A stretch of DNA of 64,000 bases from a virus (lineage: Duplodnaviria > Heunggongvirae > Uroviricota > Caudoviricetes), in the IMG/VR virus record IMGVR_UViG_3300015615_000629, positions 192,001 through 256,000 of that record; one strand, 5' to 3'. The first letter of the stretch is position 1. Each line of letters starts with the position of its first letter. The notes beneath the pieces were generated by a model, which ran no database searches, was not told the origin of the DNA, and saw only the letters and a program-made list of their open reading frames with translations. Made by a program: the position numbers and the translations under genes. This document shows, in pieces, positions 54,251 to 63,518 of the stretch.

Positions 54251-55790
54251 TATCTTCCTTTGCTGCATCTAATAACTTTTTTCTGTCTTTCTCTTTAATC
54301 TTGTCTAGACTTCCTTCCATAAGGAGTTTAGCTGTGTCTGTAGTAGCTCGTTCTTTCTTATAATGTAAATACTTGGTTAATCTAGTAGAATATTCCTCCT
54401 CTGAAATTTCCATAAATTTCAACTTCCTATAATCAACAGATGCAAAAAATAGAAATCTACTTTTTCCAGCACGATGTTTAATTACAAATATTCTTGCTAA
54501 TCCACATGCTTTTTCATTATCATTCTGGTTAATCGACCAACAGCCATCTAAGGGTTTAATCTGCCCATAAGCATCACCTAGATTCTGATCATCTATAACT
54601 CCAATTTCCTGAGCATTTCTACCAGAACGATTAGGTTGTAAAGCACTTAAGCCACAAAATTGCTCTTCTACTGCCAGCCCTCTTAAGTCTCTTAAAATAC
54701 GGAATCGAGACTCCCAAACAGCAATATCAGGAGCATCTAACATTTCTCCTACGTAGTCAATAATAACCAAATCCGGTTTGAATCCACGCAAGGTTAATTG
54801 CGAATAATAGGCACGAAACATATTAATGTCCATCGTGCCGCCAGGAAATTGCTTAATTACCAACAATCTCTTATCTTCAAACTCAGAAACATAATCATTA
54901 ATTGCTTGTTCTACGACGAATTGGTTGTCCAACAACATAGAAGGCTCAATGTTGTATTGATTGGTAGGATCAACCAATTCAGCATCAAAACGCTCGGCAA
55001 GAGAATCTTGGTCTAATTCCAAGGTAACATATAATACCTTCTTGCCACGGTTTAAATTGGCAATAGCGGCACATTTGAGCATCAAAGACTTACCAGTTCC
55101 AGATAAACCTATCCAACAGCCAATTTCGCCTCTGGTTAAACCGCCCATTTGGAGTGAGTTATTGACAGATGGGAACACCATCGTAAAGATGTCGCCCGTC
55201 TCCATTAAGGCTTTTCTTCGCTCGTATCGCTCAGAAACATCCTGAAAATATTCTAAACCTATATCGAAATTGCGATCAACACGCATTGCCTGCTGTAACC
55301 GATCATTCACCTTCGCCCAAACAGCATCATCTGTAGAACCATTTATTAATCTGGCACATTCGAGAAAAGCCGTTCGTAACTCTTGCTTCTTGGCAAAGGT
55401 AGTTATTTTATCGAGCAAATAATCCCTGGTGCCTACCCCAGGAACATAATACTCATAACAAGCACTTATTTCAGTAAAATACCTAAGCCTTTCTTCAAGA
55501 CTCTTGCTAGATAACTTTTCCTGAATTTCCTGCTTTAGTTGAACCTTATCAGGTAAATTCCCGTACTTTTCAAAGAACTTGAAAAGTATTTCAGATGTTA
55601 ATTTATGAATTTCATTTTTGAAATATTTCGGTTTTATAAGTCCATCACTTTGAATGATAAACATCCTGTCTCTCATTAACAAACCTATTATTTCCCTCTG
55701 TAGGTCTGTTTCAAACTCATAAAACTTATCAGTCTCGTCACTTGGTTGTAACGAATTCAAAATATCTTGTTCATCTTTGCTTAGAGTCAT
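54243..55790 (-). CDS. DnaB/gp41-like replicative helicase
   Basis: GLSGTGKS, VLYVTLE, IKQFP, PDLVIIDY, LRGLAVE, K.R.G. Confidence 0.9.
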   Translation of the reverse strand: MTLSKDEQDILNSLQPSDETDKFYEFETDLQREIIGLLMRDRMFIIQSDGLIKPKYFKNEIHKLTSEILFKFFEKYGNLPDKVQLKQEIQEKLSSKSLEERLRYFTEISACYEYYVPGVGTRDYLLDKITTFAKKQELRTAFLECARLINGSTDDAVWAKVNDRLQQAMRVDRNFDIGLEYFQDVSERYERRKALMETGDIFTMVFPSVNNSLQMGGLTRGEIGCWIGLSGTGKSLMLKCAAIANLNRGKKVLYVTLELDQDSLAERFDAELVDPTNQYNIEPSMLLDNQFVVEQAINDYVSEFEDKRLLVIKQFPGGTMDINMFRAYYSQLTLRGFKPDLVIIDYVGEMLDAPDIAVWESRFRILRDLRGLAVEEQFCGLSALQPNRSGRNAQEIGVIDDQNLGDAYGQIKPLDGCWSINQNDNEKACGLARIFVIKHRAGKSRFLFFASVDYRKLKFMEISEEEYSTRLTKYLHYKKERATTDTAKLLMEGSLDKIKEKDRKKLLDAAKEDNE

Positions 55791-55999
55791 GAATTATCCG
55801 AATCTCTTTCAAATTGCTCCCGAACGAATTTTAAACATTCTTGCACTCTTTTCTGGCGTTCTCGAAGCATTATTCTTTGTGCCTCTGCTTCAGGCTCAGC
55901 ATACCAGAATAATAATCCTTGTTTACCAAAATCTACAATGTCTCCAGGCTGTATAACTATGTCGTTGTCATTGTCATCAAACTTTATTCTTATTTTCAT
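55787..55999 (-). CDS. hypothetical protein
   Basis: 70 aa, ATGA overlaps on both sides. Confidence 0.6.
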   Translation of the reverse strand: MKIRIKFDDNDNDIVIQPGDIVDFGKQGLLFWYAEPEAEAQRIMLRERQKRVQECLKFVREQFERDSDNS

Positions 56000-56553
56000 A
56001 ATTCCGCCAAATAATCGTATTCAGAAAGGCTTACCATGCCGTGTCTTACAGACTTTTCCCTGGTTACTTTCTTTCCAAGGGCTTTTTGAGCATTCCAAAC
56101 TATTGTTTTACAATAAGTGTTGAATTTATTATCAATCTTTAACTTGGCGTCCTTCTCAGGTCTGTTTTCTTTAGGAATAAACCGCTTGGTTAATCTTTCC
56201 AGCAAATTCTCTTGATGCACGCCAAATTTCTGCTTGTTTGCTCCATGCCTTGTCTTGTTTGCCCAAAGCTCTTTCAAATCTTTTAAAAGCATCAAGCAAA
56301 ACTTATCTTTGATGTGTTTTCCACATAAATGCAAACACCTTTCAAGATAAACTTGTCTCTTATGATAAGAACATGCTCTCATTAACGCAATGCGTAAATC
56401 TTGAGTAATATCCTCTTCTTCTAACATGCTGTTGTTATTGTTGTTACGTTTAATCAACTGCCACGAAGAGAAGTGACACAAATTACCATATTTTTTCTCT
56501 AAAATCACGAATTCCTCTGTAGAAACAGGGAAATCTTTAAAAACATCTTGCAT
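55996..56553 (-). CDS. truncated sigma70-family factor (region 2 only; gp55-like late sigma candidate)
   Basis: KYGNLCHFSSWQL, EEDITQDLRIALMRA, KFNTYCKTIVWN, MVSL; no region 4 HTH. Confidence 0.65.
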   Translation of the reverse strand: MQDVFKDFPVSTEEFVILEKKYGNLCHFSSWQLIKRNNNNNSMLEEEDITQDLRIALMRACSYHKRQVYLERCLHLCGKHIKDKFCLMLLKDLKELWANKTRHGANKQKFGVHQENLLERLTKRFIPKENRPEKDAKLKIDNKFNTYCKTIVWNAQKALGKKVTREKSVRHGMVSLSEYDYLAEL

Positions 56554-56562
56554 TATATCCTT

Positions 56563-57453
56563 TCAGCCATAGTAAAGCCTTTGCCTCGCTACATTACAAA
56601 ATTCCTCGGATTTTTCGATACAAATAAAGTTACGATTAATTCTTTTACAGGCTACACCAGTAGTCCCACTACCAGCAAAACCATCCAATACCAAGCCTTC
56701 CTCTGGACACAGACACGAAACAACGTGTTCCAATACAGATAAAGGCTTTTGCGAAGGATGAACCATTACTTCATTTTTATCACTCACAACATAAGTGTCG
56801 TGCTTGTATTCATAATCTTTTCTGTTTGAGTCCTTTGCGGGCTCTCTAGTAAGCAATATGTCAAAGGTGTCGTCTAATTTCAAAATTTCTTTCAACGGCT
56901 TGTAAAATCTCGGCGTTGGCAAGCACCAAGCAGGATCACCAACTCTTGTCCATTTCATGACGAGTCTTGAATCGCAATTTAATTTCTTGGCTAATTCGCT
57001 TTTTGACAAACCAGATTTAATTAAATATTCACTTAAATAAGCGACTAATTCCGAATGAAATTCAGTAGGTTGTTTAGGTAGGTATTTTTGTCCGATAACT
57101 ATGGCTTGAGTTCTGGGAAGCCAGCCTAAGTATGGACGGGCATTGCCTTTAGGTAGGTACATCGATAAAGTTCGACGATACATGAATCCATTAGAACGTA
57201 AAGTATCTATACATACATCTAAGTTTCTCATCGTCCAAAAAATAGCAATATGGCCATTTCTTTTAATTTTAGGCTCAATCAGACGAAGAAAATTAACCAA
57301 AAGAGACTCGGCTTCATAAATATTACCGTCCCCATCATAACACATTCCCTCCCCATATGGCGGGTCAATAACAACGGCATCTAAACCTTCATCTGGTATT
57401 TCTTTAACTATTTCTAAACAATCACCTTGGGTAATTTCATTTATCATTATCAT
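56563..57453 (-). CDS. beta-class DNA adenine methyltransferase with inserted XRE-type HTH
   Basis: IDPPY, HPSQKP, LDGFAGSGTT; insert GLSKSELAKKLNCDSRLVMKW. Confidence 0.85.
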   Translation of the reverse strand: MIMINEITQGDCLEIVKEIPDEGLDAVVIDPPYGEGMCYDGDGNIYEAESLLVNFLRLIEPKIKRNGHIAIFWTMRNLDVCIDTLRSNGFMYRRTLSMYLPKGNARPYLGWLPRTQAIVIGQKYLPKQPTEFHSELVAYLSEYLIKSGLSKSELAKKLNCDSRLVMKWTRVGDPAWCLPTPRFYKPLKEILKLDDTFDILLTREPAKDSNRKDYEYKHDTYVVSDKNEVMVHPSQKPLSVLEHVVSCLCPEEGLVLDGFAGSGTTGVACKRINRNFICIEKSEEFCNVARQRLYYG

Positions 57454-60230
57454 TTCCCAAAGTTATCGGCCCATATTGTATAATCTAAACCATCTACGAC
57501 TCCATCGCCGTTGAAATCTCCACTTAAATTTTTCTTTAAAGTGGTCTTCCCAAAATTATCGGCCCATATTGTATAATCTAAACCATCTATAATTCCGTCT
57601 AAGTTGGCATCCCCTTTTGGAGTTCCCATGTTTGAAAAATTACCCCAAATTAAAAATGAAGTCTTATACGTCTGTCCGCCGAAAGTGTAATTTCTCGTAA
57701 AGATATTTAATCCAGGCACCAACTTAACATTTTCCGTCCAAGTAGATATCACACCCGGCTCATAATATGTAAGTTTAGCACGATAAGTCAAAGTATAATT
57801 AGAAACAGTGCTAATCATCGAACCCATGTTCCAGGCGGTAGGTAATTGAGACGAAATAGGAGCTACAGAACCAATAATACCCGTCATTTTTGTTGTGACA
57901 GGAGGTAAAATGTTACCAAAAGAAACTCCATATTTGTCATAAGCGACCTGATTTGTAATTCCAAGAATAGGTATTATAAAATTGGCATTTTGAGAGTCAT
58001 AATATATTTGAAAATCCTGACCTGTTTTATTGTAGTCGTAAACTCTTACATCTGTTTTATTTCTAAAATATCTGATCAATCCAATCATATCATTAGTGTT
58101 TATCAACTGTGCTAAATGATTTGGAGATTGAGTTAAAAAATCTTGCAAATATATGTTTTGATGAGGAACATTAACACTACTCAAGGTTCCAAACTTAGTG
58201 CTAACTATATTTACCTGAACACCAGGAACAGGAGCCGTAGGAATGTAAATATCTCTAAAATTATTCAAAGTGCTGTCTATAACATCAGCCCCACCCGAGC
58301 CAAGAAAAACTCCTACATCAAATCCTCGAATTTCTGTATTTACCACCCTGATAACTCCGGTAGCACCACCAGGATTCCCATCCACACCTAAACTTCTTGT
58401 ATAATTAGGCTCACTTTGTCTTTTGGGAAGTTTGTTAACACTTACGCCCAAATCATACGGACCAATTATTGTAGAATTTGACAATGTTTGATTAAGATTT
58501 CTTTCAACTAACAACGGAGAAGAATAATAAAACAAAAATCCTACGTCTTGCAATCCTCTAATTTTTACATTAAATCGATCCGCAGACCAGTTGCCCGCAT
58601 TGCTGTAATAACTAATGAACCCAGTACCTAAACTAACATCTGCAAAATTATCATGAAAACTGACAATCCGCTGGCTTGAAGGATTAAATGGTAAGTAATT
58701 TAAAACATTAGATTGAACGCCAGTTATGTAAGATAAATCTTGACCATTTACTTCGTGTAATTTCAAGCCTTCTTTGCCAAAAAGCCAATAACTAAACCCT
58801 TCACGCCTATATGAACCCGCTGCTACGTTTCCATATACATTCAACAAAGGAGATGCAAACCAATATCCAAAACCGCCATGTCCAAAACTATTGTTTAATC
58901 TCTCTTGTGGCAATGCATTTACGATAGTTACATCATTTACTCCAGAACCACCATTTGTGCCTATTACCAAATTATAAGATATTATGCCAGTTTCTGTCCC
59001 ATCTTCCGATGCTATTCCAGAACCACCAACAGACGCCACAACATTTTTTGTTATTGTGCCATATGTCTGGTGTAAAGCGATTCCCCATTTTAAATTATTG
59101 CCCTTGATGCCGCCATCTATGGCATTCCCTTCAAATATAAATGCATTTTCTAAATGATGTGCATGTAAAGCATATCGACCACGTTGATTAGTTCCTATGC
59201 TAATTAAATTTCCTGCTAAATCAAACTTAGTATCATTAACTGCTTTAGCCTCTGTTCTGCCCATATTAACGAAAGCAGCATATTTAACAGAAACTTCCGC
59301 ACTACCAGCAAACAAAGCATGTCCTTGAGAACCGGCTGCGGAACTAAATGTAACATTTCTAGTTAAATTACCAATATATCCTTCTTTATCATGTTCATAA
59401 GTTAATGGGGAATTTAACGTTACCGTATTATCATTTATTTCAGTTATAAATCGTCTCTCATCTTGTCTTTTATATGTCTGAGTAGTAGAGCCGACCTGAG
59501 TATCGGCAAAAAATAATTCATCTCCAACTGCCCAGTTTGTAATATCTTTGACGGATATTGTATTAACACCAACAACGGCTTTAGAATTTAAATAACTAAA
59601 TGTTGATGCTAATTCCGCTCCTTCTATATGAACATGCCCACCAATAGCCACCAATCCTATAGAACTTTGCGATGGATCTTCCGTTAAATTAAGCACACCA
59701 TCAAAAACAACATTAGTTTTAACATTTCTATTGTGATTTTCTATTTTTAAATGACCACCATCATAAACCATGATAGTGCCTAAATGAAGTTCTGTATTTT
59801 TGGTTGAATCAAATTCTAGCTCGCCCTTAACTCCTATTGTCTTTACAAAACTATAATCACTATCGTAAATTACCGTAGAGCCAACAGGGATCAAAACAAC
59901 ACTATTTTGGTCTAATTGATTCTCCCAATCAGACCAATTTGAAATTCCAAGCGGAGCAACAAAAGTAGGATTAGCTGCCGCGTCCGTGATCCAATCAGTC
60001 CCTGTGTCGGCGGGATGTTGCACGCCAAATCGAGGAAGTTGTCCAGTAGAAGAATCAGGAACAAAATAAATAAAATCAGAATGATCATGTTGAACTGTTA
60101 ATTGATCGTGTTGTGCCGTTGTAAACAAAACCGCATCTGGATTTTGAAGTGGAGCAACCATTGCAGATGCAGACATACATATCTTTTTTTCTAATCTCTC
60201 TATGGACAAGTTTTTTATATTTTTTCTCAT
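57450..60230 (-). CDS. G8-domain beta-helix protein with Planctomycete-type N-terminal motif and dockerin-like C-terminus
   Basis: LSIERLEKKICMSA; G8-like region, NLTRNV, MGR, GRYALHAHH; two GD.N.DG..DGLDYTIWADNFGK units. Confidence 0.8.
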   Translation of the reverse strand: MRKNIKNLSIERLEKKICMSASAMVAPLQNPDAVLFTTAQHDQLTVQHDHSDFIYFVPDSSTGQLPRFGVQHPADTGTDWITDAAANPTFVAPLGISNWSDWENQLDQNSVVLIPVGSTVIYDSDYSFVKTIGVKGELEFDSTKNTELHLGTIMVYDGGHLKIENHNRNVKTNVVFDGVLNLTEDPSQSSIGLVAIGGHVHIEGAELASTFSYLNSKAVVGVNTISVKDITNWAVGDELFFADTQVGSTTQTYKRQDERRFITEINDNTVTLNSPLTYEHDKEGYIGNLTRNVTFSSAAGSQGHALFAGSAEVSVKYAAFVNMGRTEAKAVNDTKFDLAGNLISIGTNQRGRYALHAHHLENAFIFEGNAIDGGIKGNNLKWGIALHQTYGTITKNVVASVGGSGIASEDGTETGIISYNLVIGTNGGSGVNDVTIVNALPQERLNNSFGHGGFGYWFASPLLNVYGNVAAGSYRREGFSYWLFGKEGLKLHEVNGQDLSYITGVQSNVLNYLPFNPSSQRIVSFHDNFADVSLGTGFISYYSNAGNWSADRFNVKIRGLQDVGFLFYYSSPLLVERNLNQTLSNSTIIGPYDLGVSVNKLPKRQSEPNYTRSLGVDGNPGGATGVIRVVNTEIRGFDVGVFLGSGGADVIDSTLNNFRDIYIPTAPVPGVQVNIVSTKFGTLSSVNVPHQNIYLQDFLTQSPNHLAQLINTNDMIGLIRYFRNKTDVRVYDYNKTGQDFQIYYDSQNANFIIPILGITNQVAYDKYGVSFGNILPPVTTKMTGIIGSVAPISSQLPTAWNMGSMISTVSNYTLTYRAKLTYYEPGVISTWTENVKLVPGLNIFTRNYTFGGQTYKTSFLIWGNFSNMGTPKGDANLDGIIDGLDYTIWADNFGKTTLKKNLSGDFNGDGVVDGLDYTIWADNFGK
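57454..57589. repeat. 43-bp direct repeat pair encoding the dockerin-like repeats
   Basis: 57454-57496 and 57547-57589 differ at one base. Confidence 0.85.
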
Positions 60231-60237
60231 TTTATCC

Positions 60238-61443
60238 TCAATAATTAATAAACAACTTTAAACCGTCATGAAACTCTTCATTACATTCCAATATCTTCTG
60301 GATACTTCTCTTAACGTGTCTTTCCCTGGAGTCTACCCCCAGAAGATATCCATCGTGGATGTGACCAACAATGTCACAACCCTTGGGGAGATTATCGTAT
60401 AATTTAATTAATTTGTAAAGACATATTATCGCCGCTGGAGCCTGAATTACAAAATTTCTACTTTTATACTCTTTTCCATCCTCAAACTGCCTAACCCTCC
60501 CAAAATAATCCGTATTTCCAGAATTCTTCACAAAATCAAATGCAGCAGGAAATAACTTCTTTATATTGTTCGATAACCTAGTAGCTGACTCTACAGAGAC
60601 ATTTAATCGCTCTGCAACCGACTTAATCCCCTGCCCATACACCATCGGTAAAAAGATGGACTTACACTTCTCTCTATGAACAGCTGTCGGCTCAACCCCT
60701 GTCGAATACTTCCATATACTCGAAAATACGTCCTGTCCGGAATCTAGAATTTTCCCAAGATTCTTGTCACCCGACAGCCATTGTAATACACAAACTTCAT
60801 GGCTTTTGTAGTCAAATAAACAAAACTCTCGCTCATAAGAGGCTGGCCCTAAAGCCGCTTTATCTTCTGAGGAAAGTGTATGCGGATTAAAAGAATACTT
60901 AAAAGACTTATGGCACTTCAATCGCCCATTCGTCTGCCCTTCTATATCATAACAAGAATAAACCTGTTTTTTAAGGACTTGATTGGTGACTCCCAACGTT
61001 TCAATAGTGGGAATGACCCTTGTTATCAAGGGAAGATGAACCTCCTGATATATTTTGTTTGCCTTTCCAAGGGCTTTAAGACGCTCAAATGCCTCTCTAT
61101 AATTACTCGGACGTACTTTGCTGATTCCGGAAAAACCTTCTAAGACTTTGATGTCAAACAGTTTATTGGGAGAATTAGGAAGGATTCCAGTCCTAGATTT
61201 GATAAAAGACAGGAGAGATTTGAAATTCCAAGAGAGAACAGGTCTGTCTAAAGAAAATAGACAATCTAATGCCCCGATTAGATTGTCTATTGGACCTGTT
61301 AATGGAAATTCTACCTTAACATCCCTGTCTTCTAATACTAAGACAGCAGGCTTGCTAAGATCAGTGAAATCAGGGACTTCCGGCTCACAATACACATACA
61401 AATTCTTGTCATAAAGACAAGTTAGAGCCGCAAAAAAGTCCAT
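60238..61443 (-). CDS. compact family A DNA polymerase
   Basis: TNGRL, motif A FDYKSHEV, motif B REKCK...MVYG, motif C IHDG. Confidence 0.8.
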   Translation of the reverse strand: MDFFAALTCLYDKNLYVYCEPEVPDFTDLSKPAVLVLEDRDVKVEFPLTGPIDNLIGALDCLFSLDRPVLSWNFKSLLSFIKSRTGILPNSPNKLFDIKVLEGFSGISKVRPSNYREAFERLKALGKANKIYQEVHLPLITRVIPTIETLGVTNQVLKKQVYSCYDIEGQTNGRLKCHKSFKYSFNPHTLSSEDKAALGPASYEREFCLFDYKSHEVCVLQWLSGDKNLGKILDSGQDVFSSIWKYSTGVEPTAVHREKCKSIFLPMVYGQGIKSVAERLNVSVESATRLSNNIKKLFPAAFDFVKNSGNTDYFGRVRQFEDGKEYKSRNFVIQAPAAIICLYKLIKLYDNLPKGCDIVGHIHDGYLLGVDSRERHVKRSIQKILECNEEFHDGLKLFINY

Positions 61444-61464
61444 TGTTAGAATATAGACTAAACG

Positions 61465-61929
61465 CTATCGAATTGGAATAGTGACCGAAAAATTATGTGA
61501 ATCTAGTTTCCAATTCGGCCCAGGATCGTTTATCTTCCAGCCTTTTACGCCAGACAACATCAAAGGAATAATCACCTTCAAATTTGGCTGCAAGTTGGGC
61601 GAATCTTTTATATCGATAAACCATTCCCAAAAAACAGGCTCAGTTGTATCTAAATTCTTCAACGGCAAGTAGAATTCAACATGTGATCTAATGCAATGAA
61701 CCTGCCCCCAATCCCCGTAAATTAACCCCATTTCCTCTTCGTAACAAGAAGTTAAACCGGTTTCTTCCTTTATCTCCCTAATAGCTGCGGGAATTGGTTC
61801 TTCTCCAGGTTCAATATGTCCGCCAATTAAATTAATCTTTCCCTTTTGAAATTCCGGTCTATCCTTGACAATAAAGATCATCTTGTCGCTATTGAACGGC
61901 GTCACTAGACACAACACATACTTCTTCAT
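61465..61929 (-). CDS. Nudix hydrolase
   Basis: GGHIEPGEEPIPAAIREIKEETGL. Confidence 0.9.
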   Translation of the reverse strand: MKKYVLCLVTPFNSDKMIFIVKDRPEFQKGKINLIGGHIEPGEEPIPAAIREIKEETGLTSCYEEEMGLIYGDWGQVHCIRSHVEFYLPLKNLDTTEPVFWEWFIDIKDSPNLQPNLKVIIPLMLSGVKGWKINDPGPNWKLDSHNFSVTIPIR

Positions 61930-62536
61930 TTATTTCCTTTTCAGCTAAAATAATGCAATAACCGTTCCACCAGCCATTGGTGTTTTTCCAGTCATTCAAA
62001 TCTATCTTCAAGTGAATTTTATAGTTTAACTCGGCTAAAGCGTCTTTTGTCCCGTTAAATGGCTCATCCCAGGTGTAATCATCTACTAACAAAACAAATT
62101 TATCTGCTAATACAGAATCAAATTCTACAATTCCACGTTTTTGGGAATCATAGGAGTGATCTCCATCGTAAAAATAGACATTAACCTTTTCAATAGAAGT
62201 TTTATCAAACTCCCAACAATCTGACTCAACCATCTTTACATTCGATGCAGCATGAAGAGATAAGTTCCTATAACATATCTCACGAATTCCACGCCTGCGA
62301 CTAAAGTTGTCCACCCCTGTAAAAAAACCAGTATTCCCATAAGCAGCCGAAAGTAATGACGCTCCCATATAAGAACCAACTTCTAAATAATTACACTCTT
62401 CAAAATTACATAAATTATTCAGAAAATGCCTTATCTTTGGTGTCGCAAATCCTTCTACAGCAAGGATTTCCGAACTTAATCCAGAAGATAATTGCTCGGC
62501 TTTGTAAAGGGCTTCAAAAATATGGAAAGTATTCAT
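61889..62536 (-). CDS. class I SAM methyltransferase (Methyltransf_24)
   Basis: YLEVGSYMGAS, FYDGDHSY, VDDY. Confidence 0.8.
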   Translation of the reverse strand: MNTFHIFEALYKAEQLSSGLSSEILAVEGFATPKIRHFLNNLCNFEECNYLEVGSYMGASLLSAAYGNTGFFTGVDNFSRRRGIREICYRNLSLHAASNVKMVESDCWEFDKTSIEKVNVYFYDGDHSYDSQKRGIVEFDSVLADKFVLLVDDYTWDEPFNGTKDALAELNYKIHLKIDLNDWKNTNGWWNGYCIILAEKEINEEVCVVSSDAVQ

Positions 62537-62685
62537 TTAATTTCCAAGGCTTTGTTTATTTTGGCATTAACTTCTGTTAATATTGTTCTTAAGCTATTGA
62601 TTGTTTTAGCCTGAGCGGTGGTCTGTTTAACTAATTCGTCAATTACCTTTTGCGGCTCTGCGAGGCGGCGTTCTTCGAATTCCAT
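62533..62685 (-). CDS. 50-aa coiled-coil peptide (not in ORF track)
   Basis: MEFEERRLAEPQKVIDELVKQ...; SD AAGG; ATGA overlap. Confidence 0.55.
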   Translation of the reverse strand: MEFEERRLAEPQKVIDELVKQTTAQAKTINSLRTILTEVNAKINKALEIK

Positions 62686-62693
62686 GTTTTCCC

Positions 62694-63518
62694 TTAATAA
62701 TTGGTTATAATTAGTTCCTTACCAGTCTTCTTCACTTTTTGGGAACTTCCACAATATGCCCATTCTTCCTCGTGAAAATTGAAATCCTTATAAAGTTCCC
62801 TTATAAATGGGTCATCATTATAACTTAAACAAATCTTATGATTAGATAATCTTATATTATTTCTTAGTTCGACATGATCATCTTCGTCGAAACAAAACTG
62901 GTACAACTTGTCGGTCTTAATCGTGTTGCTTTTGATGTAATAAGGCGGATCACAATAAATTAGAACATCTTCACCATAGGCTAGCAGCAAAGTATTGTAA
63001 TCACCGTGAGTAATTGTTACATCTTTAACCAACTCGGCTGCTTCTTCTAAAACTCCAGAAGTCGTTATGTTCCAACCACTTGGATTGGAATAGTACAATC
63101 TACTTGGGACTGAATAATTAACCCTGCCCGCCCAAACGGTTCGATTAATAAAGTAATACGATAAAGCCGAATCGTTTCTATTTAAAACCAGTTTATCAAA
63201 TTCGCCTTTTAACCTAGCATTATAGAGTTCTTTACCTCTTACAGTTTTAGCCTTCGGTTCATCGTCTTTTTCTGGCTCTATAGCTCGGCATTTGGTTATG
63301 AAGTCATTTGGACGGTATTTTAATGCTCTGTAAACTGATATTAGGTCTTGATTTACGTCATTTATCCAACGTGATTTCTCTTTGGAAATGTCGAAGAAGA
63401 TGCCGCCGCCACCAACAAAAGGCTCACGATATTCTTTAAAATCTGGAAATTTAGAAAGTATCTTTTGTTTGACGTTTTTTTTAGTTTTGCCACCAGGATA
63501 TCTAAAAATACTTTTAAT
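62694..63518 (-). CDS. Dam-family DNA adenine methyltransferase, apparent ATT start
   Basis: frame open from ATT 63518: (I/M)KSIFRYPGGK...EPFVGGG...IND...INR...DPPY...ELIITNY; track reports only the last 134 aa. Confidence 0.8.
   Translation of the reverse strand: MKSIFRYPGGKTKKNVKQKILSKFPDFKEYREPFVGGGGIFFDISKEKSRWINDVNQDLISVYRALKYRPNDFITKCRAIEPEKDDEPKAKTVRGKELYNARLKGEFDKLVLNRNDSALSYYFINRTVWAGRVNYSVPSRLYYSNPSGWNITTSGVLEEAAELVKDVTITHGDYNTLLLAYGEDVLIYCDPPYYIKSNTIKTDKLYQFCFDEDDHVELRNNIRLSNHKICLSYNDDPFIRELYKDFNFHEEEWAYCGSSQKVKKTGKELIITNY

Noticed and set aside
54243-55790. Intein or intron in the helicase, RecA or thyA
   Set aside because: Lengths are normal and no splicing motifs or interruptions were seen.
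57454-57589. att site or mobile-element direct repeat
   Set aside because: Explained by the duplicated dockerin-like motif.
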